Shown here in pieces: positions 14,909-23,384 of a stretch of 35,241 nt of DNA (the stretch's first letter is position 1; each line of letters starts with the position of its first letter). The stretch comes from a virus (taxonomy: Duplodnaviria > Caudoviricetes), in IMG/VR virus record IMGVR_UViG_3300032257_000071, positions 1 through 35,241 of that record. The stretch is one strand, 5' to 3'. Below the pieces are notes generated by a model, which saw only the letters and a list, made by a program, of their open reading frames with translations, did no database searches and had not been told where the DNA came from. A program made the position numbers and the translations under genes.

Positions 14909-16148
14909 CATCATTGGCGACATCACCGGCGTCTACCCCCGGGAGGGCGACGGGCCCGACCCGAAGGTCTGGGCGATCCTGAAGAAGCGGCGCGGACGCA
15001 AGGGCAGCGAGGGGGAGCCCCTGGCGACGCTGGAGAACGTGATGCTCATCCTGGAGCGCGATCCCCGCTGGGTCGAGCGCATCCAGGGCAACACCTTCGA
15101 CGGGCTCATCTACCTCGACGGCGAGCTCATCACCGACGCCCGGGAGATCCGCATCTACAGGTGGCTGGTACAGCAGTACGGGCTGGATACGAGCCTGCCC
15201 CGCATCCACAACGCGATCATGGGCATCGCCGACCAGCAGCAGACCCACCCGGTGCGCGAGTACCTCGCCGGGTTGAAGTGGGACGGCACGCCGCGACTCG
15301 CGGGCTGGCTGGCCGACTACTGCGGCGCCGAGGCCACCGACCTGACCGGGGAGATGGGGATGCGGTGGGCGATCTCCTGCGTGGCCCGGGTGATGGATCC
15401 GGGCTGCCAGGTCGACACCTGTCTGATCCTCGCGGGCAAGCAGGGCGCCCGGAAGTCCTCGGCGTTCCGGGCGCTCGCGGTGCGCGATGAGTGGTTCGCG
15501 GACTCCGCCCTCGACCTACGGAACAAAGACGCGTATCAGGCGCTCCAGGGCGTCTGGATCTACGAGCTCGCGGAGCTGGACAGCGTACGCCGGGCCGACG
15601 CCAACGCCGTCAAGGCGTTCCTCACCGCCCGGTGGGACCGCTACCGTCCGAGCTACGGCCGGAACATGATCCGGTGGGGCCGTCAGAACATCTTCGTCGG
15701 CACCACTAACGAACAGGCGTTCTTGTCAGACCCCACGGGCTCCCGGCGGTTCTGGCCGGTCAGGGTGGGGCACATCGACATCGAGGGGCTCACCGCCGCA
15801 CGTGATGACCTGTGGGCCGAAGCGGTGGCCCTCTACCGTCAGGGCGAGCGGTGGTACCTGCACGGCGAGTCGGAACAGGCACTCATCGAGGCCAGCGGCG
15901 ACTACCAGCACACCGACCCGTGGCATGAGACGATCGAGCGGTGGGCCGACCAGCAGGCCGCGCCCTTCACGCTCGATATGGCACTGGAGAAAGCCCTGAA
16001 GCGAGACGTGGCCGACAGCAACAACGGGCACCAGATGCGCGCCGCCGGGGTGCTGACGCAGCTCGGCTTCAGCCAGAAACGCTGTCGTGTCGCGGGTATC
16101 CGTGGCCGCTGGTGGTGGCGCGGCGACTATCGAGGTGCCCCATGGTAG
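14898..16148 (+). CDS. VirE/VapE-family P-loop helicase
   Basis: HPVREYL..LKWDGTPR; Walker A GKQGARKS; WIYELAELD; FVGTTNE..FL.DPTGSRRFWPV. Confidence 0.92.
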   Translation: MSRDIIGDITGVYPREGDGPDPKVWAILKKRRGRKGSEGEPLATLENVMLILERDPRWVERIQGNTFDGLIYLDGELITDAREIRIYRWLVQQYGLDTSLPRIHNAIMGIADQQQTHPVREYLAGLKWDGTPRLAGWLADYCGAEATDLTGEMGMRWAISCVARVMDPGCQVDTCLILAGKQGARKSSAFRALAVRDEWFADSALDLRNKDAYQALQGVWIYELAELDSVRRADANAVKAFLTARWDRYRPSYGRNMIRWGRQNIFVGTTNEQAFLSDPTGSRRFWPVRVGHIDIEGLTAARDDLWAEAVALYRQGERWYLHGESEQALIEASGDYQHTDPWHETIERWADQQAAPFTLDMALEKALKRDVADSNNGHQMRAAGVLTQLGFSQKRCRVAGIRGRWWWRGDYRGAPW

Positions 16149-16158
16149 CCCTCCAGGG

Positions 16159-16420
16159 TGTCCCGGGCCCGGGACAGTTTGTCCCCCCCCCGGGACAGCC
16201 GAAAACGGGCGTTCTACCGTTCGTTTCATCCTCTGTCCCCCCTGTCCCCCCCTTTTCCTACATGAAGAGAGAAAACAACAAGGAAGAAACGTGTTCACAG
16301 CGGTCTATAGGGGAAAAGGTCGGGACAGCCGGGACAGCAACGAAAACCCGCGTTCAACGGGCGTTTCTACTGTCCCCCCCCCGGGACAGAGGTCGGGACA
16401 GGTCGGGACAGCCAGGACAG
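16159..16420. repeat. Putative replication origin: GGGACA/TGTCCC iterons flanking an A-rich core
   Basis: 7 GGGACA + 5 TGTCCC copies; TGTC9GGGACAG duplicated at 16180 and 16371; intergenic, directly after the helicase gene. Confidence 0.75.
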
Positions 16421-16470
16421 CACCCGCCTACCCCCAACCCCACCACCCTACGGACACAAGGCGGTGCGCT

Positions 16471-16695
16471 ATGACCGACCAGCAAGCCGACCTCTACCGG
16501 GCGCTGCGCCGTGCGGGCTACCAGCCGATCGCGAGCAAGGCGGCGCTGTACGTGCGTGGCGATGCGACGACTGTGGAGATCCTACCGGCGGGCGAGATGA
16601 TGCAGGCGATCCCTGGGTGTCGGCGGTGCGTGCTGCCCTCGGCGCCTGGCGCTGTGGTGGCGCAGGTACGGGCGTGGCTGGGCGGTGCGCTGTGA
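16471..16695 (+). CDS. Hypothetical protein, 74 aa
   Basis: ATG after AAGGCGG; GTGA overlap with the methyltransferase gene. Confidence 0.65.
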   Translation: MTDQQADLYRALRRAGYQPIASKAALYVRGDATTVEILPAGEMMQAIPGCRRCVLPSAPGAVVAQVRAWLGGAL

Positions 16696-17360
16696 GCCGC
16701 GCGGTGGCCCCCGGCGATCGTCGCGAGCGCGACGCCTACTTCACCCCCTCGGCGCTGGCGCACGCTCTTGTCGGTGTCCTGCCGCTGGAGGCTGGTGATA
16801 CGGCGCTGGAGCCATCGGCAGGCGGTGGAGCGTTCGTGGATGCGTTGGAGGCGCACGGCGCGGTGGTGGAGGCCGTGGACATCGAGCCCGCCCCTCGCGA
16901 GCCACGGCTATTCGGTCCGCCGCCTGCCTCGATTGTGCGGGGTGACTTCCTGGCCGGCTGGACGCCCGACAGCCCTCCGCGCTGGGTGATCGGCAACCCG
17001 CCGTATCGTGAGGCTGAGGCGTTTGTGCGTCGGTCGCTGGACGTGACGGGGCGGCATGTGGTGTTCCTGCTGCGGCTGGCCTTTCTGGAGGGCGCGCTAC
17101 GCGCTGCGCTGTGGCGGGAGACGCCGCTACGGAAGGTCTGGGTGCTGACGGAGCGGCCGAGCTTCACCGGAGGCGGGACAGACAGCGCCGCCTATGGGTG
17201 GTTCTGGTGGGACCGTGAGTACAGCGGTGAGCCGTCGATGGGCTGGCTGTCGTGGAAGACCGGACCGGACCTGCGGATCGTGGAGTTGCCCGAGGTGGCG
17301 GCGCCGACGGGTGCGGAGATGACCGGCGAACAGCTTGGATTGTTGGGAGGTGTGGAGTGA
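16692..17360 (+). CDS. Orphan amino (N6-adenine-type) DNA methyltransferase
   Basis: DAYFTP; motif I LEPSAGGGAF; motif IV VIGNPPY; no cognate endonuclease nearby. Confidence 0.9.
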   Translation: MSRAVAPGDRRERDAYFTPSALAHALVGVLPLEAGDTALEPSAGGGAFVDALEAHGAVVEAVDIEPAPREPRLFGPPPASIVRGDFLAGWTPDSPPRWVIGNPPYREAEAFVRRSLDVTGRHVVFLLRLAFLEGALRAALWRETPLRKVWVLTERPSFTGGGTDSAAYGWFWWDREYSGEPSMGWLSWKTGPDLRIVELPEVAAPTGAEMTGEQLGLLGGVE

Positions 17361-17674
17361 GTGCTGATTGGGTGGAGGCCGACCCCGGCAAGCCGTTAAT
17401 GATGAAGGCGAGCGAGGAGCGGACGCTGGTAGACCGGCTGCGCGAGGCGGCACGGATGGCGGCTGTGGAGATGAGCCCGGACGCGGCGCTGCTGGAAGAG
17501 GCGGCGGATGCACTGGAGGGGACACTGGCGCATCTCGCGTCCTATCTCCCCGCAGAAGCGGACCTGTTCGATCGGCTGGACGAGGTGAACGCCAGGCTCC
17601 GACGCATGGAGCCTGGCCCGAACACGCCGCTGCCCTGCACGGTCAGCGGCGACATTAGGGGAGGTGTGGGGTGA
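17357..17674 (+). CDS. Hypothetical protein, 105 aa
   Basis: GGAGG RBS + GTGA overlap; LVDRLR...LLEEAADALE motif common in phage early genes. Confidence 0.7.
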   Translation: MSADWVEADPGKPLMMKASEERTLVDRLREAARMAAVEMSPDAALLEEAADALEGTLAHLASYLPAEADLFDRLDEVNARLRRMEPGPNTPLPCTVSGDIRGGVG

Positions 17675-17937
17675 GCGAGATGATGGCGATGACCGGCCGG
17701 GAGCGCGCGGGGACCTGCGGAAAGTGCGGCGCGGCGACGGTCCAGCGAGAGGCTGCTGGGGTGACCGGGCGGATGCTGATCTGGCGGACGATGCAGCATT
17801 ACGCACCGTGCGGTCTGCCCTGCTTCGGCGGCGGCGCTGTGGGCCGGGAGGGGCGCAAAGCGTACCGGGCTGGCGCGATGCACGGGCTGCGGAATCGTCC
17901 GTGTCCGCGATGTGGAACCGAGGGAGGTGTGGAGTGA
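17671..17937 (+). CDS. Zinc-ribbon-like protein, 88 aa
   Basis: CGKC, H..PCGLPC, H...CPRC; GGAGG + GTGA start. Confidence 0.7.
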   Translation: MSEMMAMTGRERAGTCGKCGAATVQREAAGVTGRMLIWRTMQHYAPCGLPCFGGGAVGREGRKAYRAGAMHGLRNRPCPRCGTEGGVE

Positions 17938-18623
17938 GCGAGTTTGCCGCGGCGGTAGCCGCCATCGACCCCGAGCGCCTGTTCACGGCGACGCCTACGG
18001 AGCTGCTCACCGATCTGGGCCTGAATCACCTGAAGGGCCCCGAGCGTCGACGGACGGTGAGCCACATCGGCGTAGCCCAGGCGCGACTGGCGATGCAGGC
18101 AGCGAGGACGATGCGAACGACGCCCTGCCTGCACTGTGACGGCGAGGGCACGCAGGACTGCGACGACTGCGCCGGCGGTGGCTGCTCCACCTGCGACGAC
18201 GAGAACGGGCAGGTGGCGTGCGACGACTGCGACGGCGCCGGCGTGGATGCTGTGACTGCTCGCACGCTGGAGGCGGAGCAGCTCGCCGAGACCGCGGGCC
18301 GGATCGCCAGCGAGATGATGGACAAGCTGCTGATCGCCGAGGCGCTGGTGGGTGGCCAGGGCGGCGATACGCTGGAGCAGCGCCTACAGTACGCCCTGGC
18401 GGTGGGTGGTGCGGTGTCGGGGGAGACCCTGACGAATGCCTGTAGCCGAGCGAGTGCGGAGCGGGATGACCTGGCGGTGCAGGTGGAGCACCTCGGCGAC
18501 GCCTTGGAGGCAGCGGAGGCTGACGTTGATCGCCTGGAGCGCGAGTCCAGCGCTCTGGAGGCGGAGTTGCTGAGGGCGCGGCGGCCGTGGTGGCGTCGGT
18601 TGGCGGACTGGTGGGCGCTGTGA
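17934..18623 (+). CDS. Protein with DnaJ-type CxxCxGxG zinc-finger repeats and coiled coil, 229 aa
   Basis: CLHCDGEG, CDDCAGGG, CSTC, CDDCDGAG; C-terminal RRPWWRRL. Confidence 0.75.
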   Translation: MSEFAAAVAAIDPERLFTATPTELLTDLGLNHLKGPERRRTVSHIGVAQARLAMQAARTMRTTPCLHCDGEGTQDCDDCAGGGCSTCDDENGQVACDDCDGAGVDAVTARTLEAEQLAETAGRIASEMMDKLLIAEALVGGQGGDTLEQRLQYALAVGGAVSGETLTNACSRASAERDDLAVQVEHLGDALEAAEADVDRLERESSALEAELLRARRPWWRRLADWWAL

Positions 18624-18883
18624 GCTGGGAGAGCACATCACCGGATCGCGGGATGGCCGGGCGGCTGCGGGCGCGCATGGCGGAGCTTGGGTGGTCGACG
18701 CATCGTCTCAGCCGGGAGTCCAGCGTGGACCGGGCGGTGATCCTGCGCATCCGTGAGGGGCAGCTGAAGCGGGGGCCGTACCTCGACACCATCGAGCGCC
18801 TGGCGGAGGCGCTGGGCGTCACTGCGGCGTGGCTGGGCTTTGGTGCCGGCGCCAACAAACTCCAAGCGGATCACACCTCATGA
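18620..18883 (+). CDS. XRE-family HTH protein, 87 aa
   Basis: RLRARMAELGWSTHRLSRESSVDRAVILRI...P.LDTIERLAEALGV..AWL. Confidence 0.85.
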   Translation: MSWESTSPDRGMAGRLRARMAELGWSTHRLSRESSVDRAVILRIREGQLKRGPYLDTIERLAEALGVTAAWLGFGAGANKLQADHTS

Positions 18884-19377
18884 GCAACTTCGACACCTTG
18901 GTGGATGAGCTGACTGAAAAGCAGATGGAGGCCCTCGAGGAGCTGGCGAAGGGTGAGTCGCTGGAGTTCGTTCGTGCCACCGTGGGAATCACCCGCTGGA
19001 CGTGGTGGAACTGGACCACCAACAAGCCGGGCTTCCGCGAGCGGTACATCCGCGTCATGGCGGAGCGGGCGATGCTGGCCCGCCTGCGGGGTGTGGAGAA
19101 CCTGGAGGAGGTCGCGGACGCCCTGCTGGCACTGGTCCGCAACGCCAGCAGCGACGGCGTGAAGCTCGGGGCGATCAACAGCTACCTCGACCGCTGGGGG
19201 GTGACGAAGCTCACCCTGAAGACCGAGGGCAAGGCGAGCCCGGAGGTCCTGGCACTGCTGGGCGTCACCTCAAAGTCCGGCGGGCTGGACGTGGTCACCG
19301 ACGCCGATTTGGATGCGCACATCCTGGCTGCCGCTGACGCGATCCGCGGGCGTGAGCTGGAGGTCTCCGAGGAGTGA
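18880..19377 (+). CDS. terS: Terminase small subunit
   Basis: N-terminal HTH (LTEKQ..AL...G....V...VGITRWT..NW...PGF); immediately upstream of terL. Confidence 0.75.
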   Translation: MSNFDTLVDELTEKQMEALEELAKGESLEFVRATVGITRWTWWNWTTNKPGFRERYIRVMAERAMLARLRGVENLEEVADALLALVRNASSDGVKLGAINSYLDRWGVTKLTLKTEGKASPEVLALLGVTSKSGGLDVVTDADLDAHILAAADAIRGRELEVSEE

Positions 19378-20843
19378 CCTCGCGCCGCCAGCTCGCCCGG
19401 CTCCTCGAGGAGCGCCGTCGCCGCCTCGCCCGAGCGCCGCTGGCCTACCTGAAGCTCTGGGACAACCCCGAGCCGCTCACGTCGCAGCGCCGGGCCCTGC
19501 TGTCCATCGCCCTGGACGGGCTGGAAGTCCTCGACGTCGGCGGGGGCAACCGGACGGGCAAGAGCCTCCTGCTGGCCGCGTGGCTCACGGCCTGCGCGGG
19601 CGGCCTGGATGCCTGGGTGCCCACTCCACAAGGGCGACTGTATTGGGTGCGGCGCTTCCTCGAGATCAACAACCTGCCCACCACCGTCATCCCCGGCGGC
19701 CGGCGTGCGCTACCTCCGGCGCTGGTGTGGGCGGCGAGCGCGACCAACGGCGCCTCGGTGGATCAGATCCGCCCGCACATCCGGGCCCTGTGCCCCGAGG
19801 GCACCGTGTTCTCAGGCTGGTTCAGCGGCACCAACCAGGGGATCGCCGTGCTGCCCAACACTGGCGGCCGGGGCGTGCTGAAGACGAAGACCTACAAGGA
19901 GTGGCTGTCGGACCACCAGACCTGGGAGGGGGCTGCGGTCCGCGCGGTGGGCTGTGACGAGGAGCCGCCGGCGGGCGCGATCCTCTCCGGGCTCTCCCGG
20001 CTGGTCGACCTGGAAGGCCGGCTCATGGTGGCGCTCACGGCGCTGAGCGGCTTCACCTCCGACTACTACACCGACGTCGTAGAGCCCGCGCCGCCCTGGT
20101 ACAAGCAGGTGCGCCTCTTCGGCGAGCACAACCCCCACATCAGCCAGGAGAAGCGCCGGGCCATGGTCGCCGCCATGCCGGCATGGCAGCGTGCCGCCCG
20201 GGACCGCGGTGAGCGGGTGAACCCCGAGGGGCGGATCTGGCCCATCAACCCCAACGTGCACCTGGTGGAGCCCTTCGACATCCCCGTGGCGTGGGACCGG
20301 TACCAGATCACCGACTGGGGCGGGCGCTCCCCACACCTGCTGTGGGTCGCCGAGGACCCCGCCGGCGATGGCGCGCTGTACTGCTACCGGGAGTACGCGC
20401 CGAGGCGGAAGACGAAGGACCCCGCCGTCACTGACCGCCAGCTCGTCGAGCAGATCATCAAGCACGAGGACGGCGAGCCCGAGGGGATGAAGCTCACCAC
20501 CGTCTACCGTGTCGCCGACAGCGAGAACCCCAGCGGCATCGAGGAGGCCGCCGCGCAAGGGCTGTGGATGGAGGCCGCCGAGAAGGGCGCCGGCAGCGTG
20601 GACACCGGCAACGCCGACGTAGGGGCCATGCTCTCCGAGGTCCACCCGGTGACCGGCGAGTCCCAGAGGCCGCGGATCTTCTTCTTCCGGGGGTGCGTGC
20701 CGGTGACCTTCAAGGAGTGCACCGGCTACCAGTGGGCCCCGCAGCGCGGCGGCCAGCCCCCCAAGCCCCTGAAGGTCGACGACCACGGGCCAGACGACCT
20801 TCGCTACCTCGTGCGGTTCCGGCAGCGTCTGGGGCGTCGGTAG
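19374..20843 (+). CDS. terL: Terminase large subunit
   Basis: Walker A GGNRTGKS; Walker B VGCDEEP; nuclease DWG and DDHGPDDLRY. Confidence 0.93.
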   Translation: MTSRRQLARLLEERRRRLARAPLAYLKLWDNPEPLTSQRRALLSIALDGLEVLDVGGGNRTGKSLLLAAWLTACAGGLDAWVPTPQGRLYWVRRFLEINNLPTTVIPGGRRALPPALVWAASATNGASVDQIRPHIRALCPEGTVFSGWFSGTNQGIAVLPNTGGRGVLKTKTYKEWLSDHQTWEGAAVRAVGCDEEPPAGAILSGLSRLVDLEGRLMVALTALSGFTSDYYTDVVEPAPPWYKQVRLFGEHNPHISQEKRRAMVAAMPAWQRAARDRGERVNPEGRIWPINPNVHLVEPFDIPVAWDRYQITDWGGRSPHLLWVAEDPAGDGALYCYREYAPRRKTKDPAVTDRQLVEQIIKHEDGEPEGMKLTTVYRVADSENPSGIEEAAAQGLWMEAAEKGAGSVDTGNADVGAMLSEVHPVTGESQRPRIFFFRGCVPVTFKECTGYQWAPQRGGQPPKPLKVDDHGPDDLRYLVRFRQRLGRR

Positions 20844-20856
20844 CGCCGGCAGCTCT

Positions 20857-20912
20857 GGGGGGTGACAACTCGCACCCTCCCGGAGCCCTGGGAGGTCCGG
20901 TAGCTCTGGAAC
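20857..20912 (+). promoter_or_regulatory. Conserved late-gene upstream element, copy 1
   Basis: GGGGGGTGACAACTCGCACCCTCCCGGA-N7-GAGGTCCrGTAGsTCTG-N4-ATG; same spacing as copy 2. Confidence 0.8.
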
Positions 20913-22448
20913 ATGGCCCAGCTCATGATCCGCCGCTCCTGGACGTTCCGCGCCTCGCGCTGGCTGGAGGCGCGCATCCCGGGCCGCTTCGTTCGCACTT
21001 TGGCGCGCGTCGGCGCCCTGCGGCGCCCCCCGCCCCGCCCCGGCGTTACCAGCCGGCTGATCGCCCGCCCTCGCAACGCCGAGGCCAACCTGCGGACCAT
21101 GGCGCAGTCCGCGACGGTCTTCGGCGCGTCCACCTGGCGGCTGCTGGGCCTCGCGGGCTACCCGCTGCGCTGCTACCGCGGCAACGGCCAGGGCGGGAAG
21201 TCCGAGCCCATCGACCCCGCCCGGACGCCCTGGGTGGCGCAGCTCCTGCGGCTGCTGGACCGCCCCGACCCCGCGGACTGGAGCCCCACCGCCATCGCGC
21301 CGGCGAAGCCTGGGGAGCTGTTGGTGGCCCAGCTGCTGCTCGACCTCTCCCAGGAAGGCAACGCCTTCTGCGCCTGCACCGTCGACGCCGGCGGCGTCGT
21401 CATCGGGCTGACCCGCCTGCACCCCAAGCACATCACCCTCGAGGGCAACGCCAGCGGGGAGGAGGAGTGGGTGTACCGGCCGGGTGGGCGCTACGGCAAC
21501 GAGCGTGAGCGGCGCTACCCCCGCCGGACGGTGTTTCACATCCGCCTGCTGTCCTGGGAGGCGACCGGCGCGGGCGAACTCGGCACCGGCGCCGCGGAGC
21601 CCCTCGCCCCGCTGCTGCGGGCGGAGCACGTCGCGCTCACCAAGAGCGCCGACATCATCGAGCAGGGCGGCGCCGACGTCCGGGTCACCGGCAAGACCGA
21701 CAAGGCCCGGGCCTTCCTGTCCAACGAGAACAACCGCGAGGACATCGCCGACGAGGTGATCCGCGGCCTGGGCGGCGGCGACGACAGCGTCCGCACCCGC
21801 CGGGTCATGGTCGACGGCGGCGAGTTCGAGATCCAGGACGCGGGCCTGAAGCCCGCCGACATCCAGGCCGAGAAGCTGCTGAACGAGTCTCGGAAGTCCA
21901 CGCTCGTAGCCATGGGTGTTACACCCATCGCGGTGGGGGCAGCCGACGCCGGTACCTACGCGACGAGCGTGCAGCAGTTCCGAGTACAGGCGACCACCGA
22001 CGCGGCGCTGTTGCTGGTGCTGGAGGCGTGCTTCCTGCGACCCCTGGCGCGGCACTTCGCGTTCATGGCCGGCGGACGCTGGGCGCGGCAGTCCGACGAG
22101 GTCACCTGTCGGGTCGACCTGACGCGCCACCCGGGGCGGAACTTCCAGCGCACCGACGCCATCGCCCGCATGAAGACCCTCACCGAGATGGGCTGGACCG
22201 CCGAGCAGGCCGCGGAGTTCGAGGGCCTGGACCTGCCCGCGCCCGAGGGTAAGCCCCGGCCGAGCGCCGCCGCGCCAGCCGCCAGCGGCGCCCCACGACG
22301 TCCGCTGGGCGATGCGGACGGAGAGTCCGGCGACCCCGACGACGGCGAGGAGAGCGACGCTGACCGCCGCGTGCTGACCATTCAGGAGTTCCTTGATCGC
22401 AGGGGGGTGACAACTCGCACCCTCCCGGAAGCGATCGAGGTCCAGTAG
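20913..22448 (+). CDS. Portal protein (HK97-like)
   Basis: Follows terL; LL..PDP, GNAF, L..LHP, VFHIR, MGVTPI.VG patterns; 511 aa. Confidence 0.88.
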   Translation: MAQLMIRRSWTFRASRWLEARIPGRFVRTLARVGALRRPPPRPGVTSRLIARPRNAEANLRTMAQSATVFGASTWRLLGLAGYPLRCYRGNGQGGKSEPIDPARTPWVAQLLRLLDRPDPADWSPTAIAPAKPGELLVAQLLLDLSQEGNAFCACTVDAGGVVIGLTRLHPKHITLEGNASGEEEWVYRPGGRYGNERERRYPRRTVFHIRLLSWEATGAGELGTGAAEPLAPLLRAEHVALTKSADIIEQGGADVRVTGKTDKARAFLSNENNREDIADEVIRGLGGGDDSVRTRRVMVDGGEFEIQDAGLKPADIQAEKLLNESRKSTLVAMGVTPIAVGAADAGTYATSVQQFRVQATTDAALLLVLEACFLRPLARHFAFMAGGRWARQSDEVTCRVDLTRHPGRNFQRTDAIARMKTLTEMGWTAEQAAEFEGLDLPAPEGKPRPSAAAPAASGAPRRPLGDADGESGDPDDGEESDADRRVLTIQEFLDRRGVTTRTLPEAIEVQ

Positions 22449-22457
22449 GTCTGACAC
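22402..22457 (+). promoter_or_regulatory. Conserved late-gene upstream element, copy 2
   Basis: 28-bp perfect repeat of 20857-20884, embedded in the portal 3' end, starting 56 nt before ATG 22458. Confidence 0.8.
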
Positions 22458-23384
22458 ATGAGACTGCGCCGACTCGACACCGCCTATCTCCGCCAAGGGA
22501 ACCCCCTACCGCTGGTGGGCCTGGTGCTCGCCGACTACCAGCGCAAGGGCGCCCCCGTGCTGCTGGACGCCGAGTCGGGCGAAGAGCTCGCCGACGACGC
22601 GGATCCGTTCTTCGTCCTCTCCACGCCCTTCGAGGCCAGCGATCGTCACATCCTGCGGCAGATCTGGGACGTCTCCCGGGGCATCGAAGCCGGCGGCCCT
22701 GGTGTGCCGGTGCTGTTCAACCACAGTCCTGGGCGCTCCCCCTCGGAGGTCTACGGGCAGTGGCGCGACCTCGGCGTCCGCAGCGACGTGCCCTTCAACG
22801 ACGGCTCCAGCGGCGACGCCCTCCTGGGCCGCCCGAGCTTCGACCTCGAGGACGCCGAGGCGGTCAAGCTGCGCGGCAAGGTCCGCCGCGGCATCATCCC
22901 GGCCGTCTCCGTGCGCTGGACCCCCGGTGAGCGCGTACGCCGCGGCGACCTCGACCCTGAGGACCCGCTCTACCGCGAGCCTCACAACGACGCCTGCGAC
23001 GAGCCCGCCGAGGGCTACGTCATGGGCTCCGAGCGTGACGCCAACCACCTCATTGAGGTGAGCTTCACGCCGATCCCCGCCGATCAGCGCGCCGTCCGCC
23101 GGGCCGCCACCATGGCCCGCGCTACGGCTGATCTGGAGCGCGGCCTGCGTACGGGCCTGCTCGACGAACAGGGCCTCCAACGCCTGCTCACCGTGCTGGG
23201 CGATGACGCCCGCGTGCTCCGCTGGGCCCGTGCCCAGGTGGCCACCGCCGCCCCCGACCTCTTCCTGGAAGCCTTCCAGGCGCTGCCACTCGATGAGCGC
23301 CGCGCCCTGGTGGGCCTCGATCCTCTCCCCGCTGCGCCGCCCCCGGCGCGCACCATCGCCGACCTTCTCCGGAGCGCCTCATGA
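22458..23384 (+). CDS. Prohead maturation protease (HK97 gp4-like)
   Basis: PVLFNH (catalytic His), AVSVRW (Ser), LIEVSFTPIPAD; between portal and capsid genes. Confidence 0.85.
   Translation: MRLRRLDTAYLRQGNPLPLVGLVLADYQRKGAPVLLDAESGEELADDADPFFVLSTPFEASDRHILRQIWDVSRGIEAGGPGVPVLFNHSPGRSPSEVYGQWRDLGVRSDVPFNDGSSGDALLGRPSFDLEDAEAVKLRGKVRRGIIPAVSVRWTPGERVRRGDLDPEDPLYREPHNDACDEPAEGYVMGSERDANHLIEVSFTPIPADQRAVRRAATMARATADLERGLRTGLLDEQGLQRLLTVLGDDARVLRWARAQVATAAPDLFLEAFQALPLDERRALVGLDPLPAAPPPARTIADLLRSAS

Noticed and set aside
16159-16420. CRISPR array or protein-coding region (ORFs 15941-16474, 16087 start, 15726-16298)
   Set aside because: Repeats are short, in both orientations and irregularly spaced; translations are low-complexity; an iteron origin fits better
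16692-17360. Restriction-modification system
   Set aside because: No adjacent restriction endonuclease; the orphan methyltransferase is typical of phage self-protection
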